Shown piece after piece: positions 34,706 to 50,920 of a DNA stretch of 64,000 nucleotides (position 1 is its first letter; each line of letters starts with the position of its first letter). The DNA is from the human T2T-CHM13v2.0 reference genome, Homo sapiens, in NCBI RefSeq assembly GCF_009914755.1, contig NC_060936.1; one strand, given 5' to 3'. The translations under genes and the position numbers were made by a program. The notes beneath the pieces are model-generated. The model searched no databases and was not told where the DNA came from. It saw only the letters and a list, made by a program, of their open reading frames with translations.

Positions 34706-37700
34706 AAAAACTATTAAAAAGTGTTTTCATTTCCCTGACTTTCTTAACAATTTTTATTAAATACAATTTAATTTTTTCTTGATTATTCCAAACTGTTTCA
34801 TTACTGATTATATTATCCCAGAATACAGTGATGCTTTCAGGGGCCAGTGGAATCTCTGAGATGATTGGCCTCATAGCTCACAGTCCAGACTCTTGTGCTT
34901 TTTGATTTATGTATCTTCTTATTTGTTACTGTTTTTTTGCCTACTCCTTAGTGGTTAAGCTTTTTACTGTCAGATCATGTTGAGCTCGTGACGGCACACT
35001 GTCCTTCCCTGCCAATCCTTCTGTCACTCCTGTCTAGCTGGACATGGAAACGTGGATAACTACATTTCTCACTTACCACCATAGTTTTAACCCTATAGGG
35101 TGTGGCATGTATTGTAGGCTCTCAAAATTACAATACCTGACAAACATTTTCAAATGATTTGCCCCAGCTGCTTTCCTGACAGGATTAGCATATCCCCCTG
35201 GGCATTTGTGATAAAAGAATTGAGGTGTGTATGTGAGGGAGGAATAGGCTTCTAAATGGGGAAAATCCCTCCAGGTGATTTTGTTCTCCTTCCCCACCAG
35301 TCCCATGTCCTTATTAAGAAGTACTAACTCAGGACTCTTTCTTCTTCTTCTTTTTTTTTTTTTTTGACATAATTCCAGTTCTTAGTTGCATATACTTTAG
35401 GTGCCAGATAATGGAAACATTGTTGAATTTACATACAACAATGTACGTAAATTCATACATTGAATACATTTATATATTGTATGTTTTATTGTATTACTAA
35501 TACTAATCAGTTGATTAATTAGTACATCTTGTATTTCCTGTATGTTTCTATGCCGTTAGCCTGGATCTGTAGTTAGTTGTAAACAGGAGAGTTTGATGAA
35601 TAAAGTGTTATTCTGGTGAATTTAGCTAAGAAGTGCATCTGCTTCCTGTGCTCTTGAGAAAAGAAGACTTTCCTCTCCCTGGGATGGCTGTGCTCTCTGA
35701 TAAAGATAGCATCCAAGTGGGGACATCACCCGGCCAGGCAGCCAGGCCACCCAGTCATTGCTGGTGTCACAGTCAGACCCAGAACAAATGCACCATGGGG
35801 TAAGAAGGGAGGACAGTACTGGGAAAGCAGGAATAGTTGAAAGCTGCATCTTTGCATTAGACAGATCTTGGCTGGAATCTTGGCTCTACCGTTTACTCTT
35901 GGACAGGTTCTTCTCTGTGCTTTCTGTTCCTTCTATGTAAAGTGGAGATAATGACATCTACTTCACAGGGTTACAATAGGGAAGAAATTAGATAATGTAT
36001 GTAAAATATCATCCTGTTGCTTGGCCCAGATGCAGCCCTCCTTGCCAGCTGCAGTGTTGCCTTCTCTTTCTCCCTCCTCCTGCCCCGATGATGGTCTGTT
36101 GTCAAGGGAAGTGACACATAGCACATGTGTTAAGTGAATAAAGTGGAACTCTAAAGATTTGGGTTTTAGTCTTTATGATTTTGATAATTTATACCTAGAC
36201 CTTGGGTAAACACTTCACTTCTCTCTGCTTCCATGTAAATGTTACAAATGAGGGGCTAGGACATAATGATTTTTACAACCCTTTAGAGCTATAATGATCT
36301 TTAATTTTATGTTTAGTGTTTTCATTTTCAGTGAATATTATTCCCATGATTAGTACATGTAATACAGTATTTCTTAATGGTGGTGTTGAAGTTGACATCT
36401 AAGATGCACTCCTTAAACAGTTCTTTGAAGAAAGCATTCACCAGAAGTTGTTCATCATTTCATAAATCTTATTGAGCAGGTTTTAAAAATTGAATAGTTT
36501 CCATGCTCAGTAAATATACAGAGGTGTTCATTTTACTTTTTTTATGACCTCTTTCTGTTGCATCTATTTACCTAATATATTTACCAGTGACAGGGAAATG
36601 CTATCAGATTGCACCTTGTTCAGGAATCTAGCTCCATGAGCTGAGGACCTGGAGCTGGCTTTACTAGCTTTGGGAGACTCATTCCACACTGGAGCACCAG
36701 CAGACGTAGTTCCAAAGGTGGCTAGGATTGTCTGACATTCTGCAGCATCTTATGTTCAATGGGCAATTGGAAGTACCATTCGTCTCCTGTATCCAGAGCC
36801 TCATGTACTTTTCATCTCCTTCAATTGTTTACCCCTGAATTGCTCTCTTAAATCTGGCCTGTGAAGTACATACATCATGGCTATCAAACATTTTAGGATA
36901 AGAGAATGAAATATCAGCACCAAAGTCACATTATTTTTCATTTTCTTATATGAAGAGAATCCTAAAGACCTTGAATCAGGGCAATAATCTATTTTTCTTA
37001 TTTGCTGATTTTTACACAAGAAGGATGGTAGAAAGAACATCTCAAAAATAAATTGGTATATTTCTTTTATAGAGTGTTAATCATATTTTATTAGAAAAGC
37101 AGTCTCTAAATCGATAGCTACTTTTTGGGGAGGAATTACATAATCTATAATTTGTGATTTCTCTGTTTTGGAAGTTGTATATAACAGAAATTCTGGAAAT
37201 ACGACAACTGTATGCTTTTATGATTTTCATTTTTATGCTACAATTCTTCAAAACTTCAGATACTATTGATAAAAATGTGCATCTTATCTCTTGTAGGTTA
37301 TTATAATATCTGGTGTGTTAGCTCATCTCTGCCTTAGTCTTACAAGATTAATTAGTTGCTTTGGTGGATGAAACTGTGTTCTTGAACATTTTGTGACTTT
37401 TTTAGTTTAAAAGGTTGCTGTACAATTTTATATTAAGTGTTTTACTGTACATATAATTATCTTAAGAGTTATTTTCAGGCCATTCTTGTGCAGTGTTGAA
37501 CATCTTTCTGATACTCAAAAAATAATTGCTTAGATATGTTCGTTAACAATTATTTTTAAGTGCCTTTGAATAGCAGGAAATATAGAAGGAAATATACTTT
37601 ATGACTTTTAGATAGGAAACAGTCTTTAAACGCTTGGATTCTTACTTAAATCATAATTTTATACATATAAGTTTTATTAACAGAGTTTTTGATGTCTAGA

Positions 37701-37799
37701 GCAGTGCTTTTCCAGAATACTTAGCAGATTGCCAGCCGCTTCAAAATTGAGAAGATACCGTCCTTTCAGGTGGATCCTAGAGAGAAGAAAGTTAATTTT

Positions 37800-40089
<2,290 letters not shown>

Positions 40090-41199
40090 AAGTTAATCTT
40101 AAATAAAGAAAACTAAAATGCTATCGATGCAAGTTCCTGCTGGCGTGCGGGGACAGCATTGCAGAAGGTAGGGCCAGTTGTCAACCTGATTTGGATGCTG
40201 TTTCAAACATGCAGTCTGACCCCTTTCCCTCCTTTCCACTCCTTGGATCCACACTCTGATGCACACAGGCCTTTCTCATTGTGGCCGAGTGCTCTGATTC
40301 CTGTCAGTGAGCACTCCACTGACACAGCCTCACTTGTTTTTCAGCTGGGAACGACAGGCAGAGGTCAGGTTATGACCTCTACTTCTTCTCAGTGTGGCAG
40401 TAGTAGGAGGGATGCGGGGAGACAAACGGGAGACAACTCTTCTGCTAGTTGTGCCACTATATTGATTAAGCATCTGCAATGTAATATATCCTGGGCTTCT
40501 AGCACACCCACTTTCACTACCCCTGAAAACCTCATTATAAGTCAAAACATTTATTAATAGGTTTTTAATGTGACATCACTATGCCAGCCACTTCTCTGGT
40601 GTATGTGTTTTGTTAAATTTTGCATTATTCTGACTAATTTGCAGTCGTGGTATTGGAATTCCATTTTCATTTGTCAGGCATCTTTGATAATAGCCTACCA
40701 AATTATTATTTTTCTAATATATGGCAAGAATTGCTTTTTTTATAATAGAGAATTTCCAGTTTTCATAATGTTTGAATTTTTAACAACAGACATATATTAC
40801 ATGTGAATATGTAAGCAGAAAAAATAGTAAGGGCTCTGGAGAATAAGGTCATGATGTTTGCAAATATTTAACTATAAGGACATTTACTGAAGTATTACTT
40901 ATAATAGCAAAAAATCTGGAACCTTAAGTATCCAATAACAGGAAAATGATTGAATACATTTTTTATGTCCATGTGATGGAATATTGTGCAGCCATTAATA
41001 ATTGCTCCATAGACCTATATTTATTAATATAGAAATATATCAAGGATATATTGAAGGAAAAAAGCATGTTACAGAATAATATGTACCATATGTAATCACT
41101 TTTTTTTAAGTTATAGAAGCCATAGAGTGATTGATAGTCTAAAAAGCCCTCCTGTAAGAAAAATATCTGGATGCTAAATTACAACAAACATATCAAATT

Positions 41200-43550
41200 A
41201 TTTTTTAACTTTTATTTTTGAATAATTTTAAACTTACAGAAAAGTTGTAAAATTGGTATGCAAAACTACAGTTTTATCACTGAGATTCTCCAATTATAAA
41301 GTGCTATCCCATTTCCTTTTTTTGACTTATTTCCTCTGTGAAGTGTGTACATACATATATAAATTATGTATTATATACATATTTTTCTGAACCATTTGGG
41401 AATAAGTTGCAGACCTGTTCACCTGTTACCCTTAAATACTTCAGTGTGTATTTCCTAAGAACAAGGACAAGGACAGGGACACTCTTGTACCAAGCCACAG
41501 TACTGCATCAAAATCGGGAAATTAACATTGATAACCATATGGCCATTAAATGTACAGATTGTTCAGATTTTGCAGATTGTCCCAATAGTGTTCTTTATTA
41601 GGTGTAGTATCAGTTGTTTCATATCTCTTTAATATTCTTTAACCTAAGAATACTAAGAACAGTCCTCAGTCTTCCCTTGTCTTTGACGATTACGGGCCTG
41701 TTATTTTGTAAAATATACCTCAGTTTGGGTTTGTTTGGTATTTTCTCACAGTTAGATTCAGGTTGCACATTTTTGGCAGGTATACCACAGAACTTTTGCT
41801 CCGTTCTTCTCAATGCATTATTTCAGGAGTCACAAGATGTTAATTTGTCCCATTATTGATGATGTTCCTTTTTTTACTTGGCAAAGATGGTTTCTGCCAA
41901 GTTTCTCCATTGTAAAATTAATAAGTATTTTGCATTTTAATAAGTAATTAATATAGATTATGAATGGAGATATTTTGAGACTATGTTAATATCCTTTTCC
42001 TCTTCTAACTTTTATTCACTCTTTTAGCATCCATTGATGATTTTTTCAGCTATTACTCTGATTTTCTAATTCTGTCATTTCTTCTATACTTAAGAGTTGG
42101 CATTACCAAATCTGGGCATGATGTGGAACCCTACAAAGCCAGATGTGGTATTGAGGTCCTTCCCTCGCTCCCTTCCTCTGTCCTTCCCTCTCTCTCTCCT
42201 TCCCTCCCTTCCTTCCTTCCTGTTTGTAAGAACTCATTGATTCTTATTTTACTCAATTGGTTATAATCCTTTACCATCATTATTTATTTTGATACTCAAG
42301 TAGTCCCAGATTTGGCCATTGGGAGTGTAACCGCTCAGTGGGTTCACCTTGCCTGCTGCCTACACAGAGCTAGTTTCTCAAGACGGAAATTACAGTAGAG
42401 AAAGAGTAATTCACACAGAGCCAGCTGTGTGGCAGACCAGAGTTTTGTTTTATTACTACTCAAGTCAGTCTCCCTGAGCATTTGGGCATCCGAGTTTTTA
42501 AGGACAACTTGGTGGGTGGAGGAAGTCAGTGAGCCAGGAGTGCTGAGTGGTTGGCTAGGAGATGGAATCCTAGGGAATTGAACCTGTCCTCTTGTGCTGA
42601 ATTAGTTTTTGGGTGGGGGCCACAAGATCGGATGAGCCAGTTTATCGATCTGGGTGGTGCCAGCTGATCCATCAAGTGCAGGGTCTGCAAATTATCTCAA
42701 GCATTGGTCTTAGGAGCAGTTTAGGGAGGGTGAGAATCTTGCAGCCCCTAGCTGCATGACTCTTAAGCCGTAATTTCTAATCTTGGAGCTAACTTGTTAG
42801 TTCTACAAAGGCAGTCTAGTCCCCAGGCAAGAAGGAGGTTTGTTTTGGGAAAGGGCTGTTATTATCTATGTTTTAAACTATGAACTATAAACTAAGTTCC
42901 TCCCAAAATTAGTTCAGCCTGTGCACAGGAAGGAACAAGGACAGCTTAAAGGTTAGAAACAAGGTGGAGTCAGTTAAGTTAGATCTCTTTTACTGTCTCA
43001 GTCATAATTTTGCAAAGGCAGTTTCGGGACCTGCTTCACACTGGCTCCTCTATCCTTTTTATGTTCCCATCATTCTTTGAGAGCTTCCTTGCTTTCTTGT
43101 AATAGATGTTTCAGGTGTATCTTTGACTTTGTGTGCTCCAGCTTTGGAATCAGTCATTTCTCCAAGGAGCTCTTGCTCCTTTTATTGATTAACTGTATTT
43201 AGAAACCAAGATCTGGGTGCTAGGTATAACTCACTGCTATTGGGATGTTATTGTTTCTAGGCCCTCTTGTCAGACAGATCTAGTAAATACATGAACGTAC
43301 ACATATACACAGCACACACATAGAAACACACATTCATTTTTATTTATTTATATATCAGTCTATAAATCTGTCTTAGAACTTACAACTTCACACTATAACC
43401 TCTATTACACTCCAGCATTGCATGGTTTATTCTTACTTTCCCCTTCCATATTTATACCCCTTCTTCTCGTCAGTGAGATATCTTGCTCCCATTATCCATT
43501 ATCTTCAGTATATTCATCTTTTTTATCAATATTTGCCTTTTTATCAATTG
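41200..43550 (-). mobile_element. Old L1MC/ME-like 3' region, interrupted by LTR8
   Basis: Degenerate L1M text (ttttaaacttacagaaaagttg, gtcccagatttggccattgggag, tatttagaaaccaagatctgggtgctagg). Boundaries approximate. Confidence 0.65.
42326..43026 (-). mobile_element. LTR8-type solo LTR (ERV1), inserted in an old L1M
   Basis: Minus strand runs GAAACTGCCTTTGCAAAATTATG...GGTGAACCCACTGAGCGGTTACA, about 700 bp. TSD-like ggag/ggac. The L1M sequence is colinear on both sides. Confidence 0.85.
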
Positions 43551-44233
43551 CTTTGTGTTTGACAATCTCTAGAACCTGCGGGTTGTCTTCCTGGCTCTAC
43601 TTGCCAAGTCCTCCCCAACCCCTAGAATTTTCAGTCCTCGCTGGTAAGGGTGACCTTCACTTTCCCCAGAGCTGACTGCACGTCCCCCTCACCTCGCCTC
43701 CATCATGTTGCCATGATGTAGCAACATGCAGGCCAAGAATTTCTCTAGGCCCCAGTGACATGGGGGCTAGGTTTCTCTCCACCTTCTTGGCAGTGTGTGG
43801 CTGAGAAAATCCCTGCTCTCCCTTGTCTGTGGTTGAGAGCTCCCAAAGATAGAGTTCAGAATCATCTTTCTAAATCAACAAGAGGCTCTTTCATCTTAAT
43901 TATAACAGCTTAAACTTTTAGAGTAAGTCAACGTTTACCATCATTTTACGTGTGCTTATTATCAAAGGTGGATCTGAAGGAAAAATGATTGATTACCTTC
44001 CTAACCGTTTTAATACTTTTATATTTATTGGCAGAATTTGAGAAGGGTTTGAGCTGTAAAAATAAAGCTCTCCTATCTAATCTTGAGGAGAAAAATGAAG
44101 CTTGGAGAGGTTCAGTAACTTTCCCAAGTAACACCACTAATCAGCGGCCAAGCAAGGGCTGAGAAGTCCTGATTCAAATATATGAACTCTACTGTAGCAC
44201 CATACCCTGGTTTTCTTCCCATCCAGGGGGCTA

Positions 44234-44383
44234 AAAGAGCAATTTAGAGATCATTTTTAGTGTATTATACAAAATTTAGTATCTTATATTTCTGAATTAC
44301 CTTGGAACAAAGAGCAATTTAGAGATCATTTTTAGTGTATTATACAAAATTTAGTATCTTATGTTTCTGAATTACCTTGGAAC
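44234..44383. repeat. 75-bp tandem duplication (2 copies, 1 mismatch)
   Basis: 44234-44308 versus 44309-44383, read directly. Confidence 0.97.
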
Positions 44384-44682
44384 TTTTCATTTTATGCAGC
44401 TTTTTTCCCCTAGAAGAATGAAAACCAGGTCCTAGGATTCTAATGCCCATCTGTCAAGTGAGTAGTTTGAACTAGAAGGGAGTTGACATCCTTCTACGTT
44501 CTGAGTTTTGACGAATCTGTTGCTCGAAGCACTGCAATGTATTTCCCTGGGAATATGTTGTAACTGCAGTGAGTGTACACGTGCATGCATGTGTGTGTGT
44601 GCTGGGATAGAGGCAGAAAATTTTGAGGAAATACAGTTTTATTCCACGTATGAAGACATGACTCCTCCTCTCTGTTCTATAA

Positions 44683-45039
<357 letters not shown>

Positions 45040-48000
45040 TACATCTCATGCTTCACATGGGAAGTGTGGAGGTAACTGCAAATTGTCTCACGATGGATGG
45101 TTAAATAGCGTGTGGAGAACACTGAGCATTTTTGAGGGAAGAGGCTTTGAAAACGTAGGGGATTTCTCATCCTTTAGAGTAATTATTCCTCATGAAAAAT
45201 TTTTTGGAAAGGGCATCTGTTGAACTTATTGCTTCACTTGTAATTTCCTCTGTGTATGTGGTCTAGCAGCAGTTATAATAACTCCATACTCCACCATTGT
45301 CCTTTCCTACCAACATAGGGGAAAACCTGCTCATTCGTTTTTCCATTGTTTGGCTTATTTGTATTGAAAGGAAAGTGCCAGCTGAGTTTGTTAAAGGACA
45401 TAATTTGAGATTGACTGGGTTACATTTCAGCCATCAAGCCACTTTGATTAGCATATGTCATTCATCTAGTTTCTGAGGTGTCTATCATGGTACTGTCAAA
45501 GTCCTCAAAACGACCTAAACACTAATAATGCTTCTTTGTGGTTTCTATGGCTTGTGTTGGAGTGAAGTGGTCTATTTTTTCTTATATGTAAGACTGGCAA
45601 ATTCTAGTTGTGCTTTCATAAGTATTAGGACAGTGCTTGCTATTTTTTGTTCGTTAAAGTTATTTTTGGGTTTCTGGAAGTGTATAAGGGAAAATATGGG
45701 AAGCTAGTATTGAATGATTAACTGCCTACTAAATGCCTGGTTCTATTCTAGCAACATATATTATTTAATCATCACAAAAATATGTGAGCAAACTGAGCCT
45801 CCCTAAGTAATTAGGCTTAGAGAAATCGAATAATTCCTAAATGTTTACACAACTAGCAAGTAGCAAAAATGTCTTATCTCAAGAGTCTGTGCTATTCAAA
45901 GTAGCATGGGTTCTTAGCTTAAAAACAAACTTGTTTGTGATATATAGTAAGCCGTTTCCCCCAGACTGTTTTTTTAGGGGCCCAAAGAGGTTTTATTTTA
46001 TGTTCTTCAAGGAACATAGATCATGGTGTCCTCTGCTTTTGTAAGTCCCTCTGTAATCTGAGCCTGATAAGCACTGAATAATAACAGGAACACCATCACT
46101 GCTGCTACCAACAACTTTGAAAACAGGAACTGACATTCCTTGAGCATGAACAATGTGCTGGATATTGTCCTTATCTATTCGTGTGTGTTAACCTGTTTGA
46201 AAATAACTCCGTGAGGTGTGCATACTTCTATCATTCCCATTTTGTAAATGAGGAACATGGGACAGGTTTAGAGTTAAGTAACTTACCCAAATCAAACAAT
46301 AAACTAGTAGTAAAGTTGGGGTGTGAATCCATATACTCAGGAGAATCCACATTTTTGTTTACAATACTATACTTCTTCAGTAAATATTCATGAGTTGAAG
46401 AAAACCAATTCTGATTAAGTGAAGCTGAAAGGGAATTTATTATATTAGGAAGACATAAAGAAGCTCACTGAATAAGTAGGAAGCCTTGCTTGGAAAAAAA
46501 GCAGGACCATGAGAGAATAAGGAGCAGAGAACATAGTCAGATTGTGCCACAGGAAGAGCTTGGGCCCAGGGCCACTGCTGGTGCTGCTCCTACTGGCCAG
46601 CACAGGTACCACACTGTTGGCTGGTGGCTGGCCCCTGGGACACTGGACTTTTGGATCTCCTGCTATTGCTGATGCCACAATAATAAAGAAAATATCTAAC
46701 TATTCTTTCATCTTTGCCTCACTCTTTAAGATTCAAAGGCCTGAGTAGAAGCAATCACTTGATAGAGCCCAGGTCACATTTTAAAAAGACCAGATTTGGT
46801 ATAACTTTTGATTTAATTGTTCTGATATATTTTGGGCAGAATGGTAACAGAAAGAAATGACAACTTTCCACCTGTTGAACCTTAAAGATTAAGATATTTT
46901 CTCAGAAAAACTTGATCCTGTTATGTGGTAAAATAGGCCAGTAAAATGATTTTAGAAATTGGCAGTTAAAGAATGAGAAGACATTGGTTGCATATTTGTA
47001 AATCCAGTTATGCTCTAAGTGACCACTTGCAGTTCATTCTGTTTGGATCATGGATTAAAGAGTATAACTTCCAAATGACTGAATCATAAAATACCTCTGG
47101 TTTTCGTGGTTAATTTTAACTATACTTCAAGAAATTCACTTGGCATCAGAAGGTAGTACTCTAGAAAAAGGATGGTGTTTTTTTGTTCACAAATATGGTC
47201 GTGATCAGTGTTTTAAGAATTTGTTTTACAGGCCAAAGTTCACTTTAACAACTGCTGTAATAAAATACTTTCCAGCCTTGTCTGATGGCTCACTGATTGT
47301 AAGCAGTAATCCAACAGAACTTTGGTTACTGGAACTGGGTCAGGCCATGAAATAAGATTTGACTTTTATAACACAACACTTAGTGGAAATTCATTTTACT
47401 AGAATTCTGAACTTAATAATTAAACTTTTTGAGTGCTTATAACATGTCAGGCAGTATGCAAAGTACTTTGTATATCTCTCTCTCATTCCTGGTAACCCTG
47501 TAAAGTAAATATTATTGACACTTTAAGGATGGAGCTGATGCTGACAGAAATAACTTGCCTAAGGTCCCACAGGAAATGATGGAGTTGGGTTTTAAATCTG
47601 CATTTGTCCTACTCTAAAGCCTGCTTTTAATGACAACACTATTTTGTGGAAGAAAATCATTAATTAAATCACAAGTTAACTTGGATTAGCATTCTTGGAT
47701 TTTTAGATCAGAAGATTTTCCTTGTCACTTGTTCTTAGAAAACAAGTTTCTTTTTTTAGATTCAATAACTTAAGAAATGTCATTCCATCCAATTCATTCT
47801 CTGAATTAAAAGAATATAATTTTTTTTTTCGCTCCATAGTCTATTACTATTTTTAACATTCTTACACAGGTTGTCATATTGGAGGCATAAGTAGGATGAT
47901 TTTCTCCCAGGTTAGGTAGATGGGCAGGGTAAGGTAGGTGGTGTGGCATCTCAGATCATCCCTAGTACTCAGAACTGCACGTTATTAAGGATCTGTGAAA

Positions 48001-48348
48001 ATAGTCTGTTCTTTATTGAACCTTCTGTGGGTACCATCTCTCAGTGGTAACAAACTTTCTAAACTTACTGAGCATCTTGGAATAGAATATTTGCTTTCAT
48101 TTCTCTTCATTTTTCACTTCTGAGCTTCAAGTTCATGTTTTCTGTGATTGAGAAGGCAAGCTTTATTTGGCTGTTATAACTTGTGGTTTTAACTGAGACT
48201 AATTTTTCATTTTTCTAAATGTACTTTACTAAGCCTGTGAATTATAGAACTCTCATTTTAGCTTTAAGAAATGCTTACCCCAACCCTTATTATGAATGTT
48301 TCCCTCCTGCTTGGTTTACTCTGTATGTTTATAAAACTACTTCCTATG

Positions 48349-48665
<317 letters not shown>

Positions 48666-49590
48666 CTATGAAAGATACTCAAATACAAAGGAAAGAAAAA
48701 GCCTTGGTCTTGTTACCATGGCAGTAGCCTGAGTTCAAGAAATGATAGTGGCCGGCCTGAAAAAGCCAAAATTCACTAGTATCATTGACAAAAGACTTAA
48801 ATAATTTTTTAAAGATTTAATACACATGATTTTGGTCTAATTTGCTTACTAAAATCCTGCTACCTTTCATGTAAAATGTTACCTTGAATATGAAATATGA
48901 AATAAATCTGGGCCCAATGTGGAACCCTCCAAAGCCAGATGTGGTACTGGGGTCATGGGCTCAGGGGTTAACAGATTTAAGGCAGCATCTCTGAGCCTCC
49001 CTGCAGAGATGGCTTTGTACACATGCGTCCAGCACTACCTGGCCAGGCCTAACACTTTTTAGTCAGATATATAAACATACTCTGGCAGGCAGTGGGGCAA
49101 GCTGCTGTGTCTTTATTGTCATGAACATAACTCTCAAGAAAGGTGTGTTTTATATTCCAACCAAAGAACCTATTACTTGTGAATGGAAGAATTAATAAGA
49201 ACCTAAGATTTTTTTTTATTACTTTGCAAAGGGGTACACCACTGTATGTATGGTAGCTACATTTGTTTTTTGTTGGAAGCAACCATCATATGGACAAGAC
49301 AGAAATTATTTATAATTTGCATGTCATTATGATATTTAAAAAGCTCTATGTCTCTGGACCTCAGGCCAGGGCTTAGAAACGGTTTCATGGTAGCAAACTA
49401 AGCATTCCTTGTAACAGGATGTGAACTGCAACAGAATGCTCCAGGCAATGTTAAATTGGGGTGATTTTTAGAAAGTGACAAATGTTTTATGTTTCCTAAA
49501 TGTGAAATGGGTTCCACCAGCTCTAAACGGCTGCCAAGTTATGTTATCACTTGCCTGCTTTGTAACTGCCTCAATTATTTTCTTCCCCAG

Positions 49591-49719
49591 CCCTGTATGA
49601 TGAGATTCGTCAGTTTCGCAAGGCCTGTGGGGAGGCTCATCTTAAAACTATATTAGCGACAGGAGAACTTGGAACTCTTACTAATGTCTATAAAGCCAGT
49701 ATGATAGCAATGATGGCAG
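49591..49719 (+). CDS. DERA: Deoxyribose-phosphate aldolase, coding exon 6 (129 nt; ALYDEIRQFRKACGEAHLKTILATGELGTLTNVYKASMIAMMA)
   Basis: Acceptor ttcttccccag|CC and donor CAG|gtaagt. Contains the DeoC LK.I..TGEL motif and continues exon 5 in frame. Not in the ORF track. Confidence 0.96.
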
Positions 49720-50199
49720 GTAAGTGTTTTATGTTCAAATAATGTTTTCTATTGAATTGATGTTTTTAGGAGAAATTAAGTAAGTGAAAGCATTTAGCTA
49801 TTATTAAACGTGCTAACCACTTGGAATTTTTTTGCGGGAGGAATCGGATATTTTGTAAAAACATGTTCAATGTGAAGTGGTCAAAAACTCCTGGCTTTCT
49901 TCCACATTTTTTTTTGTGTGTGTGTGGCATTTCATTGCTGCACTATGCTTATAAGGCAGTAGATGGCTCTCTTGTTAGTGAATTGCCTTCTGTTTTATTC
50001 TTTGATTATTCACTCATCAACATATGTTAGACAGGAATTTCTTTGACTTACTCCTCTCTGAATTTAAGCTTTTCATTTATCTCAGAGATATATATCCATA
50101 CTATCTGAGACAGCCTCTGCTTTTGTTTGTGTTAATGTTTTAAAATTTAGTGCAGTATCATTGATTTTTATACTTTCAAATATAAGTTGACTTATTCTT

Positions 50200-50920
50200 T
50201 ATCTCTGTGAACAGCAGGTCTATCCATTTAGACATCCAAGCTTGCAGCCTAGGAGTCATGCTTGGTTCTTTCTTTTTCTCACCTCACATAAATCAGTGAA
50301 CAAGCCTTGAGAGTTCTCTCTAGACCTCTTTGCTGTGTCTGACACATCTTCCCTCCATTCTAAGTGCTGCTGTCTTAGGCCACCATCCTCCTCCACAGGG
50401 ATTACTTCAGCTGTTCCCCTGTCTTCCTGACTTTTGTTCCCCTCCAATCTGTTCTCCACACTGTCACCACAATTTTTTTTTAATGCTAATTTTATTATGG
50501 TACTGCTTGCTTAAAATTCCTTCAGTGGTTTCCCTTCATCTTTATGGTAAAGTGTACATTCCTTGATTCTTATTTTAAAAAGGTCCTTCCTAAGACCCTG
50601 GCTGTGCCTCTGCTGTGTCATTTTCCCTTCACACCATGTTCTCCAGCCAGGTAGAGTTACTTGCACTTCTCTGCAGATGGTGCCATCCAACCTTTTGAGT
50701 CTTTGTACGTTCTGTGCCTCCTGCCCGGAATGCCTTTTGCCCAAATAACTCCACATCTTGGGGTTCAGCACAGGTACCACCTTTTTCAGGAATTATTTCC
50801 CCTGACACTGCTTCTCCCCCTACTGTTTGGCCCATTATCTCCTCTGTGTGTCCCCACGGCATTCAAGTAAAAGCCCTATCATATAACTTATCACATGACA
50901 TTGTGATTGAGTGTTGAATT
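50200..50920 (+). mobile_element. L2 fragment
   Basis: Runs cctaggagtcatgcttgg...cttaaaattccttcagtggtttccc...cctgcccggaatgcctt. Similar L2 and MIR remnants lie at about 10620-10740, 17200-18200, 21650-21970, 27950-28520, 35840-36300, 46100-46370, 47420-47650 and 62160-62360. Confidence 0.6.

Noticed and set aside
40142-40148. RCGTG hypoxia-element core just 5' of the EGLN3 retrocopy
   Set aside because: A 5-bp motif expected by chance, lying outside the TSD and so not inherited from EGLN3.
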